Shown one piece after another: positions 54,006 through 62,888 of a stretch of DNA of 64,000 nt (position 1 is its first letter; every line of letters begins with the position of its first letter). The stretch lies in NCBI GenBank assembly GCA_048268245.1, contig JBLWVX010000005.1:56003-120002 (forward strand), given 5' to 3'. Position numbers and translations under genes: made by a program. The notes beneath the pieces were generated by a model, which saw only the letters and a program-made list of their open reading frames with translations, ran no database searches and was not told the DNA's origin. This stretch comes from Arcobacteraceae bacterium. Its GTDB lineage: Bacteria; Campylobacterota; Campylobacteria; Campylobacterales; Arcobacteraceae.

Positions 54006-54578
54006 TTAAACTCTAAATGAATTTATATAAGACACTAAGTGTTTCATTGTATCTTCAAAATCTTTTTCATTTTCATGCTTTTTGCTAAGAAGCAAAGCAC
54101 CTTCAATTGAAGCTATTAAAAAAGTCGCACAAGTTTTTGTATCTAATGTTTGAGATATTTGTTTTTTATCTTTTGCTTTTTGCAAGATGTTTGAAAATAA
54201 CTCTTTCCATTCATCTAAAATAGTAGTTAAGGCTTTTGCAAAATCCTCATCATGGTCAAGTGATTCTTGAAGTAAGTTTCCTAAAGGACAACCGTTTTTT
54301 AAATCCCAACTATTAATATCTTCTAAAATTGATATAAGTGAATCTATAATATTCTCTTCAGTACTTGCTAAATCTTTCCACTTGTTTTCAATTCTTAATT
54401 TTATTTTTTCATCAATCATCGATAAAACCATCTCTTTTTTTGAAGGAAAGTAGTGATACATAGCACCTTTTTTTACATCAGCTCTTTTTAAAATATGAGC
54501 TAGTGAAGCTGCTTGGTATCCCTTAGAAAAGACCTCTTGAAATGTGGCTTCAATCAATCTACTTCTTACATCTTGCAT
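54006..54578 (-). CDS. TetR-family regulator
   Basis: N-terminal HTH (KGAMYHYFPSK), GCPLGN. Confidence 0.92.
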   Translation of the reverse strand: MQDVRSRLIEATFQEVFSKGYQAASLAHILKRADVKKGAMYHYFPSKKEMVLSMIDEKIKLRIENKWKDLASTEENIIDSLISILEDINSWDLKNGCPLGNLLQESLDHDEDFAKALTTILDEWKELFSNILQKAKDKKQISQTLDTKTCATFLIASIEGALLLSKKHENEKDFEDTMKHLVSYINSFRV

Positions 54579-54589
54579 TTATTTAAACC

Positions 54590-55243
54590 TTATGAATTTT
54601 TGATAATTATATCTAAAATTTCTTGGGGTTCACTTCTTCTAGTATAGTCTTCATCAATGAAGGCATAAATTATTTCTTTGTTTTTATTTATTACATAAGT
54701 TGCAGGCATAGGAAGGTTAAAACTATCTTCATTGTTTGAACCAACTATATCAATTCCAAAACTTTTATAAATAGGTCTTAGCTCATTTGCTAGAGAAAAA
54801 ACAAGCCCATATTCATTTGCTATCTTATTTTCTGTATCACTTAGAACTTCAAAGTTTAGTTCATTTTTCTCTTTTGTACTAAGACTTGCATCAGGAGTTT
54901 GTGGTGAAATAGCAACAAGTTTTGCTTTTTTGTTTTCTAATTCTTTATTTATAGACTCTAATGCTTTTAGTTCTAAATTACAATAAGGACACCAAGTTCC
55001 CCTATAAAAATTCAAAACAACAAACTCATTTTCTTTTAGTAGTTCATCTAAACTTATCTCTTTTCCTGTAGCATTTTTTAGAGAAAAGTTCTTTGCTATA
55101 TCTGATACTTTTAAAGCGTTTTTTGAAAGTTTTTCTTCTTTTAATTTGTCAGTTGCTTTTAGCATTACTTCTTGTAGTTCTTGAGGAACTTTTTGTTTAA
55201 AAACTTCTTGATATTCTTTTATATTGTCTATTAATCTTGACAT
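54590..55243 (-). CDS. Peroxiredoxin-like AhpC/TSA family protein
   Basis: FYRG.WCPYCNLEL, AISPQ, LPMPATYVI. Confidence 0.9.
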   Translation of the reverse strand: MSRLIDNIKEYQEVFKQKVPQELQEVMLKATDKLKEEKLSKNALKVSDIAKNFSLKNATGKEISLDELLKENEFVVLNFYRGTWCPYCNLELKALESINKELENKKAKLVAISPQTPDASLSTKEKNELNFEVLSDTENKIANEYGLVFSLANELRPIYKSFGIDIVGSNNEDSFNLPMPATYVINKNKEIIYAFIDEDYTRRSEPQEILDIIIKNS

Positions 55244-55278
55244 TTATATTCCTTAAAATAATTTGTTATTTCTATAAA

Positions 55279-55292
55279 ACCAACCAGTTGGT
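55279..55292. promoter_or_regulatory. Candidate TetR operator
   Basis: Palindrome ACCAAC-CA-GTTGGT just downstream of a minus-strand TTGACA promoter for the prx-tetR operon. Confidence 0.55.
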
Positions 55293-55356
55293 CTGTTAGA
55301 ATATTAACAAGAAATCAAACTTGTGTCAAGCTTTTTTTTGATTTCTTATTTGTTTT

Positions 55357-55617
55357 TTATTTTTCTTCTGAAGTTTTTTTATTAGTTGTAGGTTTGTTTT
55401 GAGGGATTAAAGGTTTCGGTGCATTAGGCTTTTTAGGTTTATTTATTCCTATTGATAATGAGTTGAAATTTTTATTTGAAAAATCTTTCTTAGAGCCTAT
55501 TAAATTATCTCCTTTTCCTCCGTGCATGTCAATATTTTTTGCATTTTGATTATTAAATGAGTAATTAGCATATAAAATATTTGTAAACATAAAACTTATA
55601 AATATTATATATTTCAT
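55357..55617 (-). CDS. Small exported hypothetical protein
   Basis: Signal peptide; overlaps the upstream gene. Confidence 0.6.
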   Translation of the reverse strand: MKYIIFISFMFTNILYANYSFNNQNAKNIDMHGGKGDNLIGSKKDFSNKNFNSLSIGINKPKKPNAPKPLIPQNKPTTNKKTSEEK

Positions 55618-55877
55618 TCTTCTTCCTTCTTTTTATTCTTTTTTTCTTTGATATTTTTAGCTATTCCATAAATAGTAATTCCTATCCAAAATACTTCGAT
55701 TATGAAAGAACCTAAGTTAAAGTGTACAAAAAGTGATATTAAAAGTAAGATAGCTCCAACAAGATTTAAAAGTTGATACTGTATTGATTTAATAGTATAT
55801 TTGTTCATTTGTAAAAGTAAGTAAGCAAAAACAACAAATGCCATTCCTACAAAGCTTATCCATTGGTAAATATCCAA
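55614..55877 (-). CDS. Small membrane protein (CBU_0592-like)
   Basis: AY.LLQ, LNL.GA.LL..SL..HFN..SF.IEVFW. Confidence 0.75.
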   Translation of the reverse strand: MDIYQWISFVGMAFVVFAYLLLQMNKYTIKSIQYQLLNLVGAILLLISLFVHFNLGSFIIEVFWIGITIYGIAKNIKEKKNKKKEEE

Positions 55878-55978
55878 AGTATTCTCCTCTAGTGATTTAA
55901 AATCGGATTGTAGCTTTTTTTTGATAATAAAGCCTTAATTTAGTATTTTAAATATATAAAATATTTAGAAGGTTTATT

Positions 55979-56692
55979 TTGATAGAAATTATATTAGCTT
56001 TGGTTACATTTTTTACTTCTGCTATTGCTGCTATTGTTGGTCTTGGTGGAGGTATGATGTTGATTGCAGTTCTTCCATCTTTTTTACCTTTAAACGCGAT
56101 AATCCCTGTGCATGGTCTAACTCAAATGTCAAGTAATATAAGTCGTGCAGTTTTTGCTTACAAAGATATACAGTATGAAACTATTCCTATGTTCTTAATT
56201 GGTTCACTTTTAGGAGTAGGGCTTTTTGCTAGTATAATCTCAGTTATTTCACTAGAGTTTGTTCCTTTGTTTATAGGGACATATATACTTCTATCTTTAT
56301 GGTCAAAAAAGTTTAATAATAAAATCAAAAAGTTTGAAAACTACTATATCTTAGGTTTTTTCCAATCAGGATTATCTGTAGTTGTTGGTGCAACTGGACC
56401 TTTGACTCTTACTTTACTTTATAAAGACTATATTGATAAAAATAAGGTAGTAGCCACAAGTGCGGCTCTTATGAGTATCTCACATCTTTTAAAAATTCTT
56501 GTATTTATCTATTTTGGTTTTGTATTTTTTGATTATATAGAACTTATAATAGTTATGATAATAGCTGCTATTTTAGGCTCATATGTAGGAACAAAACTAA
56601 GAAATAAAATAGATGGAAAAAGGTTTGCTGTTGTTTTAAAACTTCTATTATCTATTTTAGCTATTAAGTTAATAGTTGAACTATTTATTTAG
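55979..56692 (+). CDS. TauE/SafE family (sulfite exporter-like) membrane protein
   Basis: G.GGG, GATGP, GSYVG motifs. Confidence 0.85.
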   Translation: MIEIILALVTFFTSAIAAIVGLGGGMMLIAVLPSFLPLNAIIPVHGLTQMSSNISRAVFAYKDIQYETIPMFLIGSLLGVGLFASIISVISLEFVPLFIGTYILLSLWSKKFNNKIKKFENYYILGFFQSGLSVVVGATGPLTLTLLYKDYIDKNKVVATSAALMSISHLLKILVFIYFGFVFFDYIELIIVMIIAAILGSYVGTKLRNKIDGKRFAVVLKLLLSILAIKLIVELFI

Positions 56693-57726
56693 TGATTAAA
56701 AGTAAGACTTACTTTCGTTCCCACTGATACTTGGCTTTTTATATCAATAGTTATTTCTAAGAGATCACATAGCTTTCTTACTATACTCATACCAATTCCA
56801 AGACCATTTTCATTCTCTTTATAATATCTTTGAAATACCTTATTTACATTTTTTATTCCTACTCCTGTATCTTCTATAATAAGGCTATTATCTTTTATAG
56901 TTATGATTACTTTTTCATTTTTTTTGTTATATTTACAAGCATTTGTTAGAAGGTTGTCTATTATTCTATCAACTGCATTTTTATTACTTTTGATAGTTAA
57001 ATCATCTTGTAGTTTTTCAAAAGTCACTCTTGGATATAGCTTTTCTAAAACTTCGATTTTATTATCAACTAGTTCTTTTAGTGAGATTTCTTCATCTTTT
57101 ATAATTTGCTGGGGATTTATAAACTCTAAATTTTTATATAAAGATGAAATAGTTTTAGCACTTAATTCTATTCTCTCAATCTCTTTAAAATCACCTTTTC
57201 TTCTTAAAAGTTTTGTGTTTAATAAAATAGATGTAGCAGGAGTATTTAAATCATGAATCAAGTCTTTTAAGAAAGTCTCTAGTAAGTTTACAGCCTCTTT
57301 CATAGGTCGTATTGAGTACATAGCAAAGGCTATTGATATAAGAAGTATAAAAATGAAAATAACAATACTAAATTTAAATATTTTTATTAAAAAGTCATCA
57401 TAAACTTTTTGATATTTGTTTTTATCATAAATCACTTTTAATAAATAAGGATTTTTTGATGGGGTTTTAAAGTATGCACAAAGCCCTTCTTTACAATCAT
57501 AAAGTTTAAAAGTCTCTTTTTTGTTGGTATATTCAACAATATCTAAACTAAATTTATCACTTTGAAAATCAAAAGTATAATCTTTCATCTGATATAAAAT
57601 ATTCTCTTTTATATAGTTTATTCTATCTTGATGGTACATATAAAGTACGATACTTGAAAAAATAATAAGAGGAATAAAAAATAAAAAGGTAGTTGTTAAT
57701 AGATATTTTTTTTCATAGTTCTTCAA
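56689..57726 (-). CDS. Sensor histidine kinase
   Basis: HDLNTP, NACKYN, DTGVGI, GLGIG. Confidence 0.9.
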   Translation of the reverse strand: MKNYEKKYLLTTTFLFFIPLIIFSSIVLYMYHQDRINYIKENILYQMKDYTFDFQSDKFSLDIVEYTNKKETFKLYDCKEGLCAYFKTPSKNPYLLKVIYDKNKYQKVYDDFLIKIFKFSIVIFIFILLISIAFAMYSIRPMKEAVNLLETFLKDLIHDLNTPATSILLNTKLLRRKGDFKEIERIELSAKTISSLYKNLEFINPQQIIKDEEISLKELVDNKIEVLEKLYPRVTFEKLQDDLTIKSNKNAVDRIIDNLLTNACKYNKKNEKVIITIKDNSLIIEDTGVGIKNVNKVFQRYYKENENGLGIGMSIVRKLCDLLEITIDIKSQVSVGTKVSLTFNH

Positions 57727-58357
57727 GTTTATATCCTATACCTTTTATATTTGTAATATTTAAATCAAGTGTTTTTTTTAGCTTACTTATCAAAACTCTA
57801 AGAGCTGTATCTGAGGGTTTATTCATATAGTCAAAAAATGTAGTTTTATTTACTGTAAGACCTATATTTTTAATAAGAAGTGAAAATACATCTTTTTCAA
57901 CACTTCCTAGTGCTACTTCTTTTTCATCTTGAAAAACTCTATTTTCAAGTAAATCAAAACTTATATTTCCATAAGAAATTGTTGGATTTCTTCTTTTTAA
58001 AGTAGCTTTAACACGTGCAAGAAGTTCATCTGGATCAAAAGGTTTTTTTATATAATCATCACATCCACAATCAAAACCTTCAAGTGTTGATTTTGTATCA
58101 ATTAGTGCAGTTATGAAAAATGTAGGAGTATTATCTTGGGCATCTCTTAGAAGTTTTAATGTTTCTTTTCCATTTAATAAAGGAACATTTATATCAAATA
58201 AATATAAGTCATATTTTTCTTCATATGTTGCCTCAAGTACTTCTTCACCATCATTTACCAAAGTAACATCATAGTTCTCTTCTTCTAGTAAATCAAGTAA
58301 ACTACTTGCTAAAACAGTATCATCTTCAAGTAATAGAATTTTTAGTTTTTTATTCAT
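57713..58357 (-). CDS. OmpR-family response regulator
   Basis: LLEDD, FDINVP, DDYIKKPF, KGIGY. Confidence 0.92.
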   Translation of the reverse strand: MNKKLKILLLEDDTVLASSLLDLLEEENYDVTLVNDGEEVLEATYEEKYDLYLFDINVPLLNGKETLKLLRDAQDNTPTFFITALIDTKSTLEGFDCGCDDYIKKPFDPDELLARVKATLKRRNPTISYGNISFDLLENRVFQDEKEVALGSVEKDVFSLLIKNIGLTVNKTTFFDYMNKPSDTALRVLISKLKKTLDLNITNIKGIGYKLEEL

Positions 58358-58359
58358 AG

Positions 58360-58611
58360 CTATTTTTCTAAACTAAAAGTTTTAGTAGGAAGTTTGCTTT
58401 TTGCTTTGATAATTGCATTTGATTCCTCTTGAACTTTTTTGTTTCTTTTTGCAAGTTTTGTTTTTAGTTGCTCAATGAGTTGTTTTTTTTCAACTGGGTT
58501 TTTTGTTTGGTTTATTTTTAAAAGTAAATTATCTATAGTATCAATATTTTCAGTTTGAGCAAAAACTGTATTTAAAGTTACTAATAAACTTATGATTATA
58601 AGTTTTTTCAT
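58360..58611 (-). CDS. Small exported hypothetical protein
   Basis: Signal peptide; operonic overlap. Confidence 0.6.
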   Translation of the reverse strand: MKKLIIISLLVTLNTVFAQTENIDTIDNLLLKINQTKNPVEKKQLIEQLKTKLAKRNKKVQEESNAIIKAKSKLPTKTFSLEK

Positions 58612-59075
58612 TTTTCACCTACTTGAATTTTATTTTTTATTTGTGTTATAGGGTGTGTTCTAAAAGCTTTTAGACTGCATTTGTTTGTTTGGGCTTTGTC
58701 ATAGTTTTCATCATATACATTTATTGCTGCATTTATATTTTTCGCAAAGATAGTTGGTGATTTGCTTTGTACTAAAAAAAGTTGAGCTTTAGCTCCTACA
58801 ATGTCATTTTTATCAAAATAGGCTTTATTAAACTCACTTAAAATATACTCTTTTGCAAAAAGCATATTTTTTTTATGTTTTGAACAGTATTTATATATAT
58901 TTTTAATCTTTTTAGTTTTTACTGTCTCTTTTTTTTCTGTTTTAGTCATAGTTGTTTGTTTGGTTTCTTTTTCTGCGTTTACTTCTGAATCTTGCTTTTC
59001 TACTTGTTTATTTACACATCCTGTTAATAAACTTATGAAAATGGTAATAAAAAATAGTTTTAAAATCTTTGACAT
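58608..59075 (-). CDS. Putative lipoprotein
   Basis: Lipobox LTGC; AGAGG RBS. Confidence 0.7.
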   Translation of the reverse strand: MSKILKLFFITIFISLLTGCVNKQVEKQDSEVNAEKETKQTTMTKTEKKETVKTKKIKNIYKYCSKHKKNMLFAKEYILSEFNKAYFDKNDIVGAKAQLFLVQSKSPTIFAKNINAAINVYDENYDKAQTNKCSLKAFRTHPITQIKNKIQVGEK

Positions 59076-59222
59076 TTTTACCTCTTAAGTGTAATTAGTT
59101 CTTTTGAAAAGATGAAAATTATAATGGAAACTCTATTAAACATCAAATGAAAAGAGAACTTATACTTAACTAACACTTGTTGTATATACTTCCACCACAT
59201 AAAAAAATAGGAGAAATTAAAA

Positions 59223-59426
59223 ATGAAAATTATCGTAAAAAGTTTAGCATTAGTATTAGTAGGTCTTACAAGTTTAGTAGCACTTGAAGTGAATGACAAA
59301 GTTAACAATGAACAACAAATCGTAAAAGTTAAAGTTAAAAAACAAGTAGAGCAAACTAAACAAGAAGCAAAAGATGTTAAAGAAGATGAAAAATTAAAAG
59401 ATTTTAAAGACTCTATTAAAAAGTAA
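59223..59426 (+). CDS. Small exported charged protein
   Basis: AGGAG RBS; signal peptide. Confidence 0.65.
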   Translation: MKIIVKSLALVLVGLTSLVALEVNDKVNNEQQIVKVKVKKQVEQTKQEAKDVKEDEKLKDFKDSIKK

Positions 59427-59453
59427 ATCTTTATATTAAAAAAAAGATTCTTG

Positions 59454-59585
59454 TTGTTCAAAAAGTCTTAAGGGGTTGAGAAAATCTGACCCTCTAAATT
59501 CTACTTCTTGAACACTTTTTGGATAAAAAGGTTATTGGAATAATAAGTGAGGTTTTCTTATTTTGTTCCAAAACTTAGAGGTTAT
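59454..59585 (-). repeat. Double-hairpin intergenic repeat, copy B
   Basis: Minus strand reads CTCTAAGTTTTGGAACAAAATAAGAAAACCTCACTTAT..TCCAAAAAGTGTTCAAGAAGTAGAATTTA..AGACTTTTTGAACAA, matching copy A. Confidence 0.75.
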
Positions 59586-59625
59586 GAAAAATATGTAATT
59601 TTGTGTTTCCTTTTCTATTGACAGA

Positions 59626-60021
59626 TTAACCTGATGGTGATTTAATATAGTTTGATAGCTCAATTAAATTACTATCAGGATCTCTTAGATATATAGAATT
59701 AATTGGTCCATTTGCTCCTGTTCTTGAAACTATTCCTTCTTCAATTTTTATATTATTAATATTTAGGTATTCTATTACTTGATTTAAATCTTCATCTATT
59801 ATAAAACATAAATCAGCACTTCCAGTTTCTATATTTAAAGCTTTTGGTTCAAATTCCTTACCAAGTTGATGTAGATTTATTTTTTGATTTCCAAACTTTA
59901 GAGCAATCCTAGTCTTTTTAAAAACTTCTTTAGACATTCCTAAAATAGAATAAAATTCTACAGTTTTATTTATATCTTTTACTGTTAAAACTAAATGATC
60001 TAATCTATTTATATTAATCAT
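59626..60021 (-). CDS. VOC/glyoxalase family protein
   Basis: LDHLVLTV, QKINLH, GSADLCF, SIYLRDPD.NLIE. Confidence 0.92.
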   Translation of the reverse strand: MININRLDHLVLTVKDINKTVEFYSILGMSKEVFKKTRIALKFGNQKINLHQLGKEFEPKALNIETGSADLCFIIDEDLNQVIEYLNINNIKIEEGIVSRTGANGPINSIYLRDPDSNLIELSNYIKSPSG

Positions 60022-60022
60022 A

Positions 60023-62371
60023 TTAAGCTTTCACGTTTAGATAATCTGATATTTGTACTTCATCAATCTGTTCATCTAACAAATACTCTTTTCCATATTT
60101 TTTGTATACTTCAGTTTTTAGGAATAATTCAAAAATATCTTTATCAAGATGTTTGTCTTTTACCATAAAACTTAATATCTTTATAGATTCTGATAATGTT
60201 TTACTATCCTTATATGGCCTATCTGATGCTGTAAGTGCTTCAAAAACATCAGCAAGGGCTAAAACTCTTGATGGTATAGGCATATCATCTTTTGTAAGTT
60301 TTTTTGGGTAACCTGTGCCTATTAATGTTTCATGATGAGCTCCTGCATATAATGGTACATTTTTTAAATTTTCAGGTAAAGGTAATTGTTCTAACATCTT
60401 AATTGTCATTTTAATATGGTCTTGAATTTTATATCTCTCTTCATTTGTTAGTGTTCCCCTTGAAATAGACAAATTATAAACTTCGCCCTGATTATAAAGG
60501 TTTTTTGGTGCTTTTATTTTAAATCCATATTTTAAATCTTCATCTTCCTTTGAATCTTCTCTTTGTATAATATGCCAGCTTTTATCTGATAATAAATTTT
60601 CTATTCTTGGTAAACTATCATCCTTATCTTGAAATCTATTCTTTTCTTCTCTTGATAGACCTAGTTTATCATCAAAATTCCTCATCCAAGTTCTTGAAGC
60701 AATCTCTTTTATTCTAGTTTTATACTCCTCATTTAAAAACTCAGCACCTAAGTTCATATTAGCTATGAATTCGAAGTCATCTTTTAATTTATTCTGTTCA
60801 ACCTTTAGCCAGTTTTCTATCTCTTGTTTATTTTCACCATGCAATTCTTTTTTATAAGATTCTATGATTAAATCTCTAAAAATAACTTCAAATCTAGTTC
60901 TTATTTCATGAATTCTATTATATATAGTTTCTAATTTTGTTGCTTTATCAACGACATACTCAGGAGTTGTAACCTTTCCACAATCATGTAACCATGCAGA
61001 AATACTTATTTCTCTAAATTCATCTTCACTTTTTATTTTAAAATCTTTAAAAATACCTTCATCACATTTATTTGCTTCTTCTATAATCATAAGTGCTAAC
61101 TCTGGAACTCTATTACAATGACCACCTGTGTATTTAGATTTTTCATCTATTGCTGTTGCTATTAATTTTATAAAAGAATCCATAAGTTCTTTTTGATTTT
61201 CTTCATAAGTTTTTATTGAAACTGACATTTTCCATAGTGAGTCTGATACATCATGAATTTCTTTTATATGAGAAGGATTTTTTTTAACTTCATCAAATTT
61301 CCTTTTTTTGATTTTTTCATTCTCTTCAACTATTTTATGTAAGGGATTAACAATCAATTTTGAGCTTAAAACAATTAATGGAATAGATATAATCAAAAAT
61401 ACTATAAAAGTTACTAGAACAAACCAATATATTTCTTTTACGTATGGTTTCATTATATTTTCAATGGGTGAAACTATATATAAAACTTCACTATTATCAA
61501 AAAGAGAAAATTTATTATAGAAGAATTTATTATTAGCTAATTTTTCATTAAGTGAATCTTGATTTAAAGAACTTTTATTGTTATTTATTTTATTTTTTGA
61601 GACTTTATTATAAGTAATAATTTGACCATTTTTATCAAATAAAAAAACTTCACTACCTTCAACAAGTTTTTCTTTTTTTATTAATTTATCTATATTATTT
61701 AAAGTTACATCAATTCCAATGACAGTATTATCACTATTTTTTATTTTTTTAGCATAACTAATACCAAATTTATTTAAGAATTTAAACAAATAAGGTTCTG
61801 TTTTTATTGAAGTTGTTGAATTTATAGATTCTTTATACCAAGGTCTTTTAGTAATATCGTATTTTGTATTATTTTTTGTAGATTGAATTTGTTTTAAATT
61901 TGAGTCTAAATATTCTCTATATTCAATATTATCTATTATTTTAATCACTAACCATAAAGCTTTTTTAGGTGCATTAAAACTATCTCTAAACTCATCATTA
62001 AGATTTATAAGCTCATAATAAGAACCATCTTTATGTCCAACATAAATTGAATAAATATAGTCATTATTTTTAATATCAGAAATAAAAAGATTTAAAATAT
62101 CATGTCTTACATTTGGAATAGGTTTTTTAGTTAAAAAAGGAACATTTTCAATCAATCTAATAAAAGATTCACTATTTCTAATATAATTATTAGCTTCTTG
62201 TTTTAAATTTACAGATAATTGTTTAAATGAGTTTTGAGTACTCTCTAGTGCAATTTTTTTACTTAAATTATATTGCATAACTAACATTACAGTAACTACA
62301 ATAGTAGTAACTATGAAAAATAAACCCAAAATTGTAGGTTTTATTTTTATAGAAAAATTATTTAAACTCAT
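60023..62371 (-). CDS. Membrane Cache-HAMP HD-GYP phosphodiesterase
   Basis: RPWY Cache motif, YTGGHC.RV, WLHDCGK, HHE..GTGYP, ADVFEALTA.DRPYK. Confidence 0.9.
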   Translation of the reverse strand: MSLNNFSIKIKPTILGLFFIVTTIVVTVMLVMQYNLSKKIALESTQNSFKQLSVNLKQEANNYIRNSESFIRLIENVPFLTKKPIPNVRHDILNLFISDIKNNDYIYSIYVGHKDGSYYELINLNDEFRDSFNAPKKALWLVIKIIDNIEYREYLDSNLKQIQSTKNNTKYDITKRPWYKESINSTTSIKTEPYLFKFLNKFGISYAKKIKNSDNTVIGIDVTLNNIDKLIKKEKLVEGSEVFLFDKNGQIITYNKVSKNKINNNKSSLNQDSLNEKLANNKFFYNKFSLFDNSEVLYIVSPIENIMKPYVKEIYWFVLVTFIVFLIISIPLIVLSSKLIVNPLHKIVEENEKIKKRKFDEVKKNPSHIKEIHDVSDSLWKMSVSIKTYEENQKELMDSFIKLIATAIDEKSKYTGGHCNRVPELALMIIEEANKCDEGIFKDFKIKSEDEFREISISAWLHDCGKVTTPEYVVDKATKLETIYNRIHEIRTRFEVIFRDLIIESYKKELHGENKQEIENWLKVEQNKLKDDFEFIANMNLGAEFLNEEYKTRIKEIASRTWMRNFDDKLGLSREEKNRFQDKDDSLPRIENLLSDKSWHIIQREDSKEDEDLKYGFKIKAPKNLYNQGEVYNLSISRGTLTNEERYKIQDHIKMTIKMLEQLPLPENLKNVPLYAGAHHETLIGTGYPKKLTKDDMPIPSRVLALADVFEALTASDRPYKDSKTLSESIKILSFMVKDKHLDKDIFELFLKTEVYKKYGKEYLLDEQIDEVQISDYLNVKA

Positions 62372-62385
62372 TATTATCTTCCTTC

Positions 62386-62454
62386 GTATAACGTTTAAAA
62401 TGAGCCAATAAATTGCCCGCAGGGTAATTTATTGGCTCCACTGATTTGTTAGCT
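62386..62454 (-). mobile_element. attC site 3 (69 bp, short type)
   Basis: Minus strand: R'' AGCTAAC, AGTG-G-AGC with extrahelical G, 17-bp stem GAGCCAATAAATTACCC/GGGCAATTTATTGGCTC, R' GTTATAC. Confidence 0.88.
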
Positions 62455-62475
62455 CTTTATAATTTCAATATCAGG

Positions 62476-62570
62476 TGATAGTTCAAATCTACTTTTTTCT
62501 TAGTTTACAAGATAAAATTTTAAACTACTGCAAGTAGACCCTTGTTTTTCTTTCAAAGGTTTTGTTAGGT
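62476..62570 (-). mobile_element. Truncated attC (left ~95 bp; about 90% identical to attC1 by eye)
   Basis: ACCTAACAAAACCTTTGAAAGAAAAACAAGGGTCTACTTGC..GATTTGAACTATCA; right arm missing. Confidence 0.88.
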
Positions 62571-62571
62571 T

Positions 62572-62852
62572 TTATGCCTTGCTTAAGTTAGACCAGCTTC
62601 TTCCATTAGAGTTGGTTACAAGTACAGAACCTTTAACACCAGTTAGTTTAATAGCTCTTTTTGCTTTTTCCAATATATCACTTTTCGTATAATTTCCAGA
62701 TATGGTGTATTCACCATCAGGCATATTATAATCAATACCATCATCTGACTTATAATATCACTAAATCCTTCATCACTCATTGCTTGATATAAAATATTAT
62801 ACTCACTAGAGTTTACATCATGTAATACAATTCTTACTGTAAATGTTGCCAC
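62572..62852 (-). pseudogene. GhoS/DUF2622-like cassette gene with a 1-nt frameshift
   Basis: MATFTVRIVLHD..Y..LYQAM..EGFS; after the shift near 62750, SDDGIDYNMPDGEY..SVLVT..GRSW.NL, with stop abutting R''. Confidence 0.75.
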
Positions 62853-62888
62853 TAAATTATTCTTTTATATTTTTATAGAAACAAGTAA

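Noticed and set aside
59078..59461. 127-aa minus-strand ORF
   Set aside because: Shadow of the RBS-supported exported ORF 59223-59426 and its promoter.
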